A DNA stretch of 64,000 nucleotides from Phoronis australis (Eukaryota > Animalia > Phoronida). A model generated the notes under the pieces. The model was given only the letters and a program-made list of their open reading frames with translations, was not told the origin of the DNA and made no database searches. Each line of letters begins with the position of its first letter. The stretch's first letter is position 1. A program made the translations under genes and the position numbers. This document shows, in pieces, positions 11,701-23,714 of the stretch. Where the stretch lies: assembly GCA_002633005.1 (NCBI GenBank), contig NMRA01000160.1, forward strand, positions 622,498 through 686,497. Reading direction: 5' to 3'.

Positions 11701-14700
11701 TTGCCAAGGGAAGCAAAAAGAGATCATACAGCTGCCATTTTACACAATATGCGAATACTACATTATTTTTAAAAAATTATGTGTACATTGAAAATTGTAT
11801 TAAGAAAATTTACTGATCCCATGCGACAGCTAAGGATAACAGCACATTTAAAGAGCTGCAACCTATTCCGATTCTAAAGCGTTGTAACAAAAATCAATAA
11901 GTTGTCACTTCCATGCAAGTCAGTAGTACATGTATTAACTACCAATTACCTTACACTACATACGGAGACTGAACCAAGCTTCTTGGAGCATACTCATTTC
12001 ACAGAGGAAGCAGTATTCTGTTGTCAGAATATCACACATTCATTCCAATGGCGTGGTATTTGCTCTTAACATAAGACCAGTAAATTCCATTACAAGCCTA
12101 TGAGATCACTGTGTGAGGCTGATAGATTACCAATGCTATGACCCATACTCAGACATGATTTATTTACCTACAGACGTGAATGACCTATAGGTAAGGGGTC
12201 TGGTCAGTAACATTATAAAATACAAGACGAAGAAAGTACTTCTAGTAGTGATGCCTAAACACTACAGTCCGGACACATTTAACTATACAACTACAGAAAA
12301 ATAATTACCAAAAGTGTCATTTCTTTCAATTTTCATGGTCACCAAACATTGCCTAAAGGTGAAATGGGGCATACAGTGTGTCACTCTATGTAAGCGCCCT
12401 AATTAGGCACAGAATGGTTTTGAATATAACAGGAATCTGTATCATGTAATCAGTAAAATTTACTAGGTAAGTCCCCACATCAAGATCATCGAATGCTCTG
12501 CTGAACATTGTCTAAGAAAGGTAAAATACTAACAAGATCGAAGCAGAAAGGGGAAAAATTGATAGGGAATTGAGAAACTGTGTAATTTGCCAAAAGTTTG
12601 GAATTTCTGTAACTGAGGACAAGTTCCATTTTATAACAAACTGCACTTTATATTATGATTTATGAGTTAATGCAAGATGTCTCACAAATACGCAATCTGT
12701 CTAATTACATGCAGTATGCCTGGCCAACTAGAAAATTATATAAGTATACCTGATGCACTGTACATGTATATTCAAGTTATGCAAACCTCTTTGTACTTTC
12801 ATGTATTGTGATATTATTGAACTATGGGCCGGAGGCCTTCAAGTTCAATAAAGTTTTATGTAAAAAAAAACAAAATATAGAATTTTTGAGATCTCATCTT
12901 GCCACATTTAAATAAAATTAAATTTGATCATGTTATAGATACCATTGTTTTGCTATCAATGTAATTTTATTTTTTGCAAAAGTTTACTAAAAGTAGTCAA
13001 GTGACTCCAAGGGAAAATCAGTGAAAAATCAAAAATCAAATTCTGCAAGTTTGTACTTTCAGAAAAATATCTTTACTAATTATTAATAACTATAGTTTTG
13101 TAAAATATTTGGTTAAATACTCACATTTGTCCAACAGGTCCTACCGTACATAACCTTAACTGCAATTTTCAACAAAAATTTGCGTGATTCTCATTCACAT
13201 AATTACAGACAAGGCACATAATTTCTAGAAAAATAACGTAACTGCGTTAAAGCTACGGTGTGAAACGTTAAGTAAACGGTTAGCTCATCAACCGCCAGTT
13301 ATCGACCACGTTTCAGGATCATCGTAACCTCAGCCTTAGACCTATTACTGCTCTCCAAGAGCATGTCAGAGATCTACATCACCAGATCTCTGATGACTTC
13401 AGTATAAAAGTCTATACCCAGAAAAGTGGAAGCGCAGGGTACGAGAAATAATTGAGATCCATAAACCTAGTCTTAACAGAGATCCAGGACTTTATCTACC
13501 TGCAGTGTATTCAGATCTGTTACGGGATTCCCCCGACATCAGGGAATCCCCGATTCTGTTGTCATCATATTATTCTACAATGACAGAGGGTGCACCTGAT
13601 GGTGAATCACATTTGTGAGATGTAGACGAAACAACAGATACGGCTCTTTGGTTCCAAAAGCAATCTTTACTCAATATTACTCGATAAATCAACTACTATC
13701 AAAGATTTAGCTCACGAATTTCAGGTCTTCTGTTGTACTGTAACCTTGACAACAGCGATAACATTAATGTACTTCGTGCAAGTTTGATAAAACTGAGATG
13801 AACGTTTTCTTAAGTAAGTACAATTCTTTGAACACAATAGTTTTTAAGCACTGCATCCGCATCTATATAATATAAGAGATCCCGCTTTTTGGCCATCTTC
13901 AGGTTGGGCCCCCTATAATAGCACAGAGGACCTAGTTTTGAAGATCGAAAATAAATTTCATGCCCACGTCATTTTAATAAGTATAAGTCTTTTAAAATAA
14001 TATTTTAGCCTGTTGAATGTGAATAAAACAGAACATGGAGCTACAGTAAACACTCTGATATAGCTTCCCAAAGCATAATACTCATTACCAGAATTAAAAG
14101 GTGATGAAAATTCATGTTTCCAGCAAAGATTATTATTTATCCTAAATTGGCAAGACTTTAACTGGAAGGAAATAATGCTTTGTTCATGATGATTTGAAAC
14201 TTACTATAAATGTACTGATGTCTAAATAACAGTTCCAATGTTCATAGTGTTACTCCTGCGTAACACTTCCTCGTTTCTGATGATTCATCAAAGTTCTGTA
14301 AATTTCCTACAGAAGGAAGCATTATCACCTAATCAGTGAATGAAAAAGGGACTCCCAATACTTTCATTCACAGCACATCTTATTGGAGTCTCTTTTGTTT
14401 AAGTTCAAGAAGCCTGTTTTGAATGAGAGCAAACAGGGTTGCGCCGCACGTTACACTTGTTTGCGTGACTTTTCTGTTACCCCCCCCCTTCATTTGTCAT
14501 TCTTTGCAGTATTTCACACATGCCATGTCCAAATTGTGCATCTTTCCAGTTTCTGCTCTGTGGTGGTATTACTGCGTCATTTTATTTCTACTTGAGAATG
14601 AAACAAGTATGTTTCAAAATATCGTGTATCTATTAATCACGTCTCTTGGTCAGTTGCTGAACCAATGTTCTGTTGAGTGTCGAACTTTGTTCCGAGGATA

Positions 14701-17700
14701 CGAACGGAACGGAATAAAGACGGTTAATAATGACAAGTGTCGTGTTTTCAACCAATTTTGCATATTGGTAAACTTCTACCCGAAGTAGTCTCTGTTAGGT
14801 ACTGAGATAATTTCTGTCAACTATTTCTAGACTGTGATACCTTCATAATGACTTGGCTCAACTTTTATTCACTAATTGTGAAATGGGAGCGCAAGACCAA
14901 ATTTCTGTCTAAAGTATTAAGTCACTTTCACAAAACAGACCCCTGCACTCACCGAATAACACAACAAAAATGTCTGCTGGCATTCTATTCAGTCAAGGTC
15001 TTGTATTTCTTTTTGAAAAGGTGCACCATGACACGTAAGCACCATGACACGTAAGCACCATGACACGTAAGCACCATGACACGTAAGCACCATGACACGT
15101 AAGCACCATGACACGTAAGCACTATGACAAGTAAGCAGGAGAAAGCAAGATTTAAAACCCCAGGAACTGACAAGTGATGAGTAAAAAATCCAGCATAATG
15201 TTTGCTAATCTCAGATGGATCTCATTTTTGAAAGGGTGGGTAACTGGAAATATCCCACCACAAACCTGATTTTACAAAAAAGATCAGAACCAACTATGTT
15301 TTTTGAACTTGGAAATCACAGTGTTTGCAATTATTGAAAGTGAAAAATTTGAAGAACTACTATAACAATCAAAAAGCTAACACATCAGGATAATATGTCA
15401 GTAATAGTACTCACAAAAACTAAAATTCTTACAAACTTGAAATCATACTTTTTGACACCGGTCTCTATGTTTTCAGGAGGGTTGCACATTGCCAGTCCTG
15501 TGCGGACCTTCTGCCAAGTATTTTAAATTTTAACTTTGTTTCCTTCAGCAATCAATTGTAGTAAATCCAGACACTGTCACAATCATTTAGTTTAGAACCG
15601 AACAGTGCCATTGACATTGCGCCAGTTAACTGAAACCTATTCTTGATAAAGAGCTAATATACACTGATCAACACTGAAATTTTCTACAGTTACTATACCT
15701 ACCCATTAAAAAACAGAGACGTCAAAATAGGCATCAGGTGATGGCATTATTTTACTTCCCGGTTTCAAACGACAGATGACAAAGAGATTTCTAACACAGA
15801 TAGATATGCCAAATCACACAACTTTATTGTCGGTTTACAAGCACAATTGGTTTCAACAAGGCATGATATGTGCTGCCATCTGAGTTCACTATTTAATCAA
15901 AGTTGCATCTACATTCCAAATTCCTTCACACTGAAACGAGAAACTGTCAGGCTTCATTTTGAGTCATGAAAAATTTGCACTGGTCGAAACGGTAGCAAAA
16001 AATTTTAAAAAGTTTACAAAAATTTGCCATAAGTACTGAAACCAGTTGTTAACAACTCGTGAACACTTAGAAAAGCTTCAGTGGAAAAGATAGCGAAGCC
16101 ATATCTGTGTGACTACAAAAGGTATAGTCATAATGCATACTCCTTATTTTGTAATTAAATATAAAAATTGCAAGCAAAACATTAACTAACCGTTTTGATA
16201 TTATTTCAGGTTCGAAAATAACAAAAACCTTTGCCTATTCAAATGCTTGCATGCAAGGATTTTACTGACCCAACAAGTAAATACCGGTATTTTACAAGAA
16301 TGTTTTAAGTCAAACAAGATTTTTTGTCTCCATTGGCTCTTGGAACCTGAAAATACTTGACCACTTACTAACTATGAACTTTAAGCTAGCTCCTTAGGTT
16401 TAGGAGTACATGCATTTATTTTGCTCTTAAACGTTCAATTGTATGGTTCAGCAACATGCTCGTTTACTGCGTTGATCCTGCACGCTTGCCCATCCAGCCT
16501 CATTCTAGAACCGGAAAGTCTTTAGTGTGAATAGAGTCTATGACCATTCAAGAATTTTGACCTGGATTCTGCAATTTTACACGGAATGTCGTACAAGTCA
16601 ACCTCGCCAGGCTATTGGGCGTTTTGTGGGATTTTATCAACAGCACTGCTATCGTTTTTCAAATGGACTGTGGGACAGCCGTCAGTTCGTAAACATGCGG
16701 TCACATCACAGGTAACTTGGTGATGTCAAAGCAATCAAGACTAGCACTTGCCATCTATGTACACCAGAATTAGAAACATGGGTCGACCGCAGCCTGTCGT
16801 TTGATGTGAATACAAGAAAGCAGCCATCATGGAAAAATCAAAAGATTGAAAGCAAGTCAAAAATTGCACCAAATAAATACGTACACTCAGATAAGCAAGT
16901 CTTTTGTGTGAACATTCGAGAAGCACTTGCCGTCCGGTACCGAAGTGTTACAAATTTCAGTTAAATAGTAACTTGCAACTGGGTGTCCAGTTTTGGTCAT
17001 CTATCACAATAATTTAAGAACACTGAAGGTACTATAAACCTGTGTGACCTACAAAAACTTTTACTAATACCAATTACTGTAGCATTATAAATTTATTCTC
17101 ATTTTGTTCTTTACTCAAACTATAAGTAATTCCGCACTCACTGCTGGTTGATTTCAAGACAAGAGTCGCCAACCCCATTATAAATGGTTCATTGCATGCC
17201 AGCATCAGAAAACCAACTATTGTTAGGCTGGGTATTAGTTTCTGTTGAATAGCCGTTTCCCATAATACTTTAACACACTCTCTGATTTGGAGTACGTACC
17301 AGTATTTACCCACAATGCTGTGCATCAGTAGGGCACTTCTCCCACAGCTGTAAAATGCTACCATGTTAATCTCTATTAAACCTTAAAACTAAAATAAGTT
17401 TTGCATTTTCAATTGTGAAGACAATAACGTTTTACTAATGCATACCCAGTTGCAATTGCAGACCGTGATTCCAAATTTGAAAATCTGAGCGAAGCGTGAT
17501 AAAACGTTATATATACATGGCGCCTGGGCTTAGAATGGTATTGACAGCCCTACATTTCAAAAACTAGATCAATCATTTTGTCTAACTCCCAGCAAATGAA
17601 AAATGATGATTGAATACCATTATTTTCTGTCAAACACAGTATTAATAACCAGATATTCAGCAGCATACACAAACTCGATTACAAAGCTAGTTAAGCACGT

Positions 17701-18967
17701 TCAACTTTTTTTGGGCGAATCTGAACCCATTTCTTGTAAAAGACGGCCCTTTTGAGTTTCCATTCACTGGGCTTATCACCAATACCATGATTTCTCGACT
17801 AAAAAGAACTGATATTTTTTTATAGCTTCTTTCAGTTTTGTGTCAGCACTCCAAAGCAATAAGGAAGTTGTGGCACTTTCGGGAACAATAAACCGATATC
17901 AAGCACAAGAACAGGACGATGGTACTTTGAAAGAGTAAATACGCCTGCGAGGAAAGCATTTATCTGGCCTTTCGTGTTTTCAGCATGCTTGTTGCAGGTA
18001 CTGCTTTTTTCTTAGCAACCAGTCCACCAATTTCCAAAATTTTATTATTAACCAGTCATCAATGCCTAAAAGAACAATCGCATGCCACTAACCGTTATAA
18101 AAAGATCAAAATCAAATTTCATACTCAGTCTAGAAGTCATTTCATGGCTTATTGAGGACAGGCAGTTTGTTACTACTTCAAACCAGACTCAAAAGGCTTC
18201 AGGTCAGACTTGAAAGTTCAAGATGAAGAGATGACGGATTTGTCAAGAGCAATTATTGTAACAGATATGTGACAAAGAGGCAATAGTGCTGTTTTGGAAG
18301 GATAACTATGCCTGGGAACAAGACAGTTGTTTTAAGCACAAGAACATGGCTTACAGTTACACTGACTATAGTCGCTTTCACCTGTATCAGTAAACCGATT
18401 AAGTTCTGCACATCAGGAGAAAAAATGGAAAGGAAATTATGTTCATGCCTCTGCAGTGAACATCACTTTGACACATATCACATGAGAGGTGACATATCCT
18501 TTGTACTGGGATACCAATAACACCCACTCTGACTCTTAGGTTATTACTAAATTACCTATACGACGAGTATGACAAAGCAAAGGAAAATGTGGTGACTCAC
18601 CAGTCACCTGCCTTTCAACCGGCTACCTGAATTTCCAGAAATTCGTTTGGTACAAGAACAGAACAAGAAATGTCAATCTCACCGAGCCGACAACTACACC
18701 CTCGTCACTTGCAGGACTTCCACTTCTCGGCACCTCTTCTACCCACGTGTCCGTCGCCGTGAGTGTGTACACCCGCCCCGTCTCGGCGCGGCCAGATGAT
18801 GAGGATAACGTGGATATTCTGGCCGTTAAATCGGTGTTAGTCCACTTATCAGGGTCTTGATAAGAGTACTCGTCATTATCATCGTCACATATTGTTGCTG
18901 GACCACTATAATCTGGCTTCGGTGGAGCAGGTGGTCCTTTTTTTCGACCAAAAAGATGTTTGATCAT
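2618..18967 (-). CDS. SHB: SH2 domain-containing adapter protein, SHB/SHD/SHE/SHF family (7 coding exons in window, ~592 codons, 3' end incomplete)
   Basis: Family motifs occur in order: N-terminal [66 protein letters not shown], then the SH2 start [15 protein letters not shown]...SYLVRQSES...FSLSLK. All introns are GT-AG with phases 0,1,1,0,1,2. The symbol denotes the family; the paralogue cannot be assigned. Confidence 0.92.
3342..3555 (-). CDS. SHB: SHB-family adapter, coding exon 6 (GSFDMTH...[13 protein letters not shown])
   Basis: ttttacag|GC ... CAGAG|gtataa; 214 nt, phase 1 to 2; pre-SH2 GERVDP motif. Confidence 0.9.
4957..5095. repeat. ~41-bp tandem repeat overlapping the 3' end of exon 5
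   Basis: Three copies of gacatttgaagtttcttggccttcaa-like sequence plus one partial copy. Confidence 0.85.
5065..5215 (-). CDS. SHB: SHB-family adapter, coding exon 5 (KSEVTRR...[15 protein letters not shown]...)
   Basis: tttgtag|AAA ... TCAG|gtaagt; 151 nt, phase 0 to 1. Confidence 0.9.
6114..6769 (-). CDS. SHB: SHB-family adapter, coding exon 4 (large low-complexity exon; YVNI x2, YEDPWD, PPGMAIP repeats)
   Basis: ttttcag|TG ... CAACAG|gtaggt; 656 nt open, phase 1 to 0. Confidence 0.88.
7136..7296. repeat. ~21-bp C-rich minisatellite (ccccactctgcacccttccta) spanning an N-gap
   Basis: Tandem copies visible on both sides of the gap. Confidence 0.8.
7405..7563. repeat. ~90-bp-period tandem duplication of the exon 3 3' end including its donor site
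   Basis: ctttacttaccag.ctcc.cc...gtgactgctgtagcctc occurs at 7405-7473 and 7495-7563. Confidence 0.8.
7505..7738 (-). CDS. SHB: SHB-family adapter, coding exon 3 ([10 protein letters not shown]...[15 protein letters not shown]...EAEA)
   Basis: ctgtcag|AG ... GCTG|gtaagt; 234 nt, phase 1 to 1; hallmark DDRPxDxYDxPWEW. Confidence 0.92.
7773..7802 (-). CDS. candidate alternative 30-nt microexon of the adapter gene ([10 protein letters not shown])
   Basis: gttag|ACACTG...GATG|gtaaat; phase 1 to 1, open in the gene's frame; acidic Tyr peptide like the neighbouring exons; weak polypyrimidine tract. Confidence 0.35.
8967..9084 (-). CDS. SHB: SHB-family adapter, coding exon 2 ([39 protein letters not shown])
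   Basis: ttgtag|CCT ... GATG|gtaaga; 118 nt, phase 0 to 1; DYSDP and YTEPY motifs; this frame is not in the ORF track. Confidence 0.9.
10218..10564. mobile_element. MITE with CAGGGCCCT terminal inverted repeats (hAT-like ends)
   Basis: cagggccct ... agggccctg flank a non-coding interior; target-site duplication not clean. Confidence 0.45.
14409..14712. repeat. interspersed repeat family A, copy 1
   Basis: Colinear similarity to 23017-23330 (aagcctgttttgaatgag...cttgagaatgaaacaagtatg...gaacggaacg). Confidence 0.85.
15023..15137. repeat. 16-bp minisatellite (gcaccatgacacgtaa) x6 perfect + 1 degenerate
   Basis: Directly visible. Confidence 0.97.
18683..18967 (-). CDS. SHB: SHB-family adapter, coding exon 1 ([20 protein letters not shown]...VVVGS)
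   Basis: ATG with an in-frame stop upstream; PPxPPxPDY motif; donor TCG|gtgaga, phase 0; 285 nt. Confidence 0.85.
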
Positions 18968-19290
18968 CTGGTCTTTCTGTTCAAGGTTTTGCTTACTTCC
19001 TCATTGTAGATCCGCAGAGTGGAACATGAAGTGTTTTCATTGGCTCTTTCTGTTGTTTGTAAAACTGCCAAAAGGTGGGGTAAGGGAGATAACATAAATT
19101 CTTCTTGGTGAACAGAGCGCTTTCGGTCGGCTGACTCAGGGGTTTCAGAACAGTGTGATGCCCCTTACTCAGAGGGAAACTGGTTCTCAAAATGGGAGAA
19201 GTATGTAAGCGACTATTACCCTTGATCTGAATTCTGTAACTAAGGCCGGGCATGGGTGAAAATTTTTCAGTGAAATGACGTCCGGTGTTA

Positions 19291-19456
19291 CAGTGGCGCC
19301 GCCAGAGGGGGGCCAAGGGGCCACGCCCCCCCACTAAAATTCTACCAGATAACATTTGACAGTTCGGGCGTGCGAACGTCTGACGGGCAAAATCCTGGCT
19401 AATACTCTGCACTGCCCCTCCCCCCCAACTCAAAATCCTGGATCCGGCCCGCCCTG
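19291..19456. mobile_element. MITE, CAGTGGCG...GGATCCG type
   Basis: Starts with cagtggcg and ends near cctggatccg; shares ggcaaaatcctggctaatactctgc with the inverted copy at 39650-39763. Confidence 0.6.
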
Positions 19457-19463
19457 GCCCGCG

Positions 19464-20643
19464 GGTGTAGCATTAACTTCTACCGCGGGTAGTTTTTTCA
19501 CGGGGTCTAAATTTAATGTGAAGAATTTTCAACTCTTGAAAAATGACCCCACGACCGTAGTTAGATCTCCTGTCATTCAGAACGGATCCCTCGCAACAGG
19601 GGGTTGGGATCATACGTAATACCCGAGGCAGGCGATCTTTCAACGATTGTTGAGCCAAGAAGCCTTTGGTCGACAGGGGGGGCGCGCCAAGGAGTGGGTG
19701 GTATCGACCAGGGGGGCGGGGCAAGGAGCCTTTGTCGACCAGAAGAGGGGACACCAATTAAGGAGGTGTCAACGAGGGAGGTGCACCAAGGACTGCTGAG
19801 GTGTCAATCGACAACGCAGTGCGGATACTGAGGTAATATGCATTCGTGAATGGGGAATGACGTGCGTGAGTGAAGAATTTTATCAGATGCTCGCTTGAAT
19901 GGGCTTTTGGCAAGGGAAATCTACACGCCTTGTTTTTTCAGTGTATGCAATTAAGATAGAGAAAGTAACGGCCGGCGTGCAGGCCAGGAATATGAAGTGT
20001 GGGCCCTGAGCTGGTCTGTTCGCGAGCAAAGAATTCAGTCCGTGACTATTAGGCTTCGGAAGCTAAAACTGTGGTGCTGCCTCATGCGGTTGGATCGGAG
20101 AACTTATGAAATTTGAATCAGTGAGGGAAGAATTTAAAATGGCTCGGCAGAGCGGCGCCCGGTAAATCAGATTAACGGAAGTGGCGGGAGGGAAAGGAAC
20201 GATTTGAAATAATGTGTGGGCCGGGAGCGGGGCTGATCTCTTTGCGTGCAATAATTACACGGTGTGGGGATATTACAAAACAACGAAAAGTGCCTAGTGC
20301 TAGATCGGGGGACTTCAGATCTGTGAGAATGGAATAGCGTGAGAGAATTTTTTTACGCAGGCAATTCCGAGCGATGCACTGGAAAGTAACTCAGTGTTCT
20401 TTGCTTTTTAACCTTAAAAAACCTGTTATTTATTTATATGTGAAAAATTGATCTCACGCGGTCATTTTTTCACAGTAGTTCACATTAAATTTAGATCCCA
20501 TTAGAAAGCGACCTGGGTTATTTAAATGACCCTGGATCACTTTTTAGTATTAAAATATTAAAAAGTGGTCGTCCGGGGTCATTCAATAGTGAAAAAATAA
20601 CCCGTGGGTAATTTTTCACGGGGTCATTAGTTAATGCTACACC
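19464..20643. mobile_element. non-autonomous DNA transposon with 15-bp TIRs and subterminal repeats
   Basis: ggtgtagcattaact ... agttaatgctacacc (perfect inverted repeat); repeated tttttcacggggtc / aaatgacccc motifs at both ends; no transposase ORF. Confidence 0.75.
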
Positions 20644-21120
20644 AGCAATATTGACGTCCTGGCTGAAGTTTTTCAAGATACCGAAATTCAATGAAAACTT
20701 GAAGTTCCGAGCTCACTATACCGATACCAACGTGTAGATTTACTGATGGAATCATCAAATCCAAACTAGGACTAGACAACCGCCCAGCGAAGTAAACTAA
20801 TGTGAGTACACAATAATAAGGCCGTCGTGACATAATATATGTCTTTGAAATAAACTTAGGAAATATCAAAAATAATTTTGAATTCTATTTCGAGCACAAA
20901 GATAACACTCCAGGGTCAGGTGTACCAAAGTGCTTCGACGCTCACCGGCAGATACAGGGCAGGTAACTGACAAGTGATCCAAGAACAAATGGTTTGGACA
21001 ACTGAATGAGTGCATGCTTCTACTACCAACTCAATGGTTTGTCTGAACTCAGCTTAGCTGGACAGGCATAAAGTCGGTTTGTGCAGAAATGAATACTACT
21101 TTCTGTTAGCCACAGTTATA

Positions 21121-21300
21121 CAGTGGCGGATCTAGGATATCACAAGGGGGGGCCCAACATCTTGTCCAGCTGTAACCATTTGCGCAAACCACGATTGTAG
21201 ATGCGCATAGCACCGAATGGGGGGAGGTCGGGAGGGGGGTTTGCCCAGGAAATTTTTCTGTTTTTTCCTCTAAAAATTAAGCATTTTCCTTGATTTCTGA
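21121..21300. mobile_element. MITE fragment (cagtggcggatctagg start)
   Basis: Same terminal motif as other MITEs in the window; G-runs; a matching aaatccgcc end at ~22141 lies beyond an N-gap. Confidence 0.5.
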
Positions 21301-21352
21301 TGTATTATCCAAGAAAAAAAGGAAAAAGAAAACACAGGAAAAATTGCATCTT

Positions 21353-21414
21353 TCACAGACTCGAACTCACGACCTGGTTGATAGGACGCGCGTGCTTTGC
21401 CACTACACCACCAC
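21353..21414 (-). mobile_element. tRNA-derived SINE head / pseudo-tRNA
   Basis: Minus strand carries an A-box TGGTGTAGTGG and a B-box GTTCGAGTC at tRNA-like spacing, but no complete acceptor stem. Confidence 0.55.
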
Positions 21415-23016
21415 GATTTCACTAACACAATGAAACTAATAGACCTACTTGTTAATGGTCCTACTTCTTTTTGTTATGCTTATTACACGTTTTATATTTT
21501 GTGCAATCGGTTCTTAACAAATTTGTTGTATTTAAAATAGTCTTCAAATGCCCAAAAGACCAAATCCGTTTTTCGTGTTGGCAATAATGACGGGATTGCT
21601 TTGGAAATCGTCTTAAGTTAAGGTTTGACAAAGAGAGAATTAATGAGTTTCTGAGTGATTCACTAAGGCTTCGATTAAAATTCACATCTTACCAGCAGCT
21701 TCTGTTTTTTCATCGTCACTCAGGTTCCATTTTCTTTAAAAATGAAGTAAATTTTCTCCATTGCACAGTGGAGCAGACGATGGAAACGGGGTCGCAGTGC
21801 GCAGCGCCACTGCCGGTCGCCTGGGATATCGCGGGAGAGCTTATACTTAGCCATAGTTCCGTTACGAATGCGCCGTGTTCCGAATTTGACACTTGAAATT
21901 GGATCTGAGCCCCCCCNNNNNNNNNNNNNNNNNNNNNNNNNNNNNNNNNNNNNNNNNNNNNNNNNNNNNNNNNNNNNNNNNNNNNNNNNNNNNNNNNNNN
22001 NNNNNNNNNNNNNNNNNNNNNNNNNNNNNNNNNNNNNNNNNNNNNNNNNNNNNNNNNNNNNNNNNNNNNNNNNNNNNNNNNNNNNNNNNNNNNNNNNNNN
22101 NNNNNNNNNNNNNNNNNNNNNNNNNNNNNNCCCCCCCCCTAAATCCGCCTATGGTTATAGTGACGGATCGGTCACCGGCTAAATGACTCAAAAGCAGAGC
22201 CGACTAGCCTCTGCTCATACTGGCCGGCCGGCCAACAATCGGATCATGAATTTCGATTATATAAAATCGGTCTCATAGTATTCCTTACCGTGATAGCCTA
22301 GCGAATTTTATTTTTGTTACAGGACAATGCGTACATGTTCCATTTTCGATTTCGTAATTCGTTGGCCATGCACGGATATAACGAGAAGTCGATGATGGTT
22401 CCGACGTTCTTGTTAGAAACGGAAATAGAATCACAGTAATATTATGAGACTGTTTTTTTTAGAACAAACGGCATAGTTCGTTTTTTGTTAGCTAAACAAG
22501 GCACCGAAATACAGCTTTAATAAGTGTGCGCAATTTGCCAAGTCTGGGCCCATTGAGTTTTCGTGCAACAGTAGATATTTTACAAAACGTCATATCCAAT
22601 AATTACCTCCAAGACGAACACGCATTTAAGAAAATCATTAGGGATAATGTTAAAGTTTATAAGCCCGATGATTACCTAGATGTTATTATTTGTTAACGGA
22701 ATAGGAAGACCTCCAACTTGGTCATGAAAAATAACATTTCTAAAGCGAAAGTCCGCCCCGTTGCCCAGTGTAGTGTTGTTGAGTTTGTTACTCTACTATG
22801 ATGAACGAAGACCTGTCAAACTATGTTACATTGGTCAAGCTGATTGCAGTCTTTCCCGTCGGTTATCTATGGCATCTTAAAAATAGCGCCATAAAAAAGA
22901 TCATTTTCTAAAATCACCCGTCAAGAAATTGTGGAAAACACGCCAATTCGGTACCGGGTACGTAGAGCACGATGTGCTACGATTGAAAGAATTGTAGTCC
23001 CTTTTGATTGCATTTG

Positions 23017-23330
23017 AGAAGCCTGTTTTGAATGAGCAGCAAACAGGGTCGCGCCGCACGCCACGCTACACTTGTTTGCGTGACTTTCCTGTTACCCCCC
23101 CCNCCTTCATTTGTCATTCTTTGAAGTATTTCACACCTGCCGCGTCCCACTGTATATGTCTCCAGCTTATGCTCTGTGGTTGCATTACGGCGTCATTTTA
23201 TTTCCACTTGAGAATGAAACAAGTATGGTACGAATTATCGTGTACCTTTTAATCATGTTTCTTGGTCAGTTACTTCACCAATGTTTCTTTGAGTGTAGAC
23301 TTTTATTCCAAGCATAAGAACGGAACGAAT
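23017..23330. repeat. interspersed repeat family A, copy 2
   Basis: Colinear with 14409-14712. Confidence 0.85.
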
Positions 23331-23651
23331 ACTCTGTTACAATGAAATGTTAAAACATTTCATTGTGACTGACATCGGGTGTCCCTTGATCACAAGATGC
23401 TGAGCCAAAGAGTTCCCAAGGTAATCCGTGTTATCGGGAAGGCATTACCAGGAAGGGACAACTGTTCTGGCGCATTTTAACGCGTTTTGGTACTACTTCC
23501 CTGCTGTTATGCAGAGGTGTTTTCGCAAACGTAGCAAATCAGTGATTGTTTACCTTTCACAATTTCCCCCAATAATCCGAAGTTTTGGGTTCTAAATGTT
23601 TGAAGGTATTGAGTAATGTTCGTGACAAGTAAAATGACATGAGGTAGAAAA

Positions 23652-23714
23652 CCTTAGTTTCTGCCTGTTTAAATACGGTACGGCGTACCGTATTTAAACA
23701 GGCAGAAACTAAGG
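23652..23714. repeat. perfect palindrome, 31-bp arms, 1-nt spacer
   Basis: ccttagtttctgcctgtttaaatacggtacg-g-cgtaccgtatttaaacaggcagaaactaagg. Confidence 0.97.

Noticed and set aside
15023-15137. Possible CRISPR-like array
   Set aside because: Units are head-to-tail with no spacers, the context is eukaryotic, and there are no cas genes.
21353-21414. Functional tRNA gene
   Set aside because: A and B boxes are present, but I could not fold a full cloverleaf; treated as a SINE head.
21862-22191. ORFs spanning the N-run
   Set aside because: Artefacts of an assembly gap flanked by poly-C.
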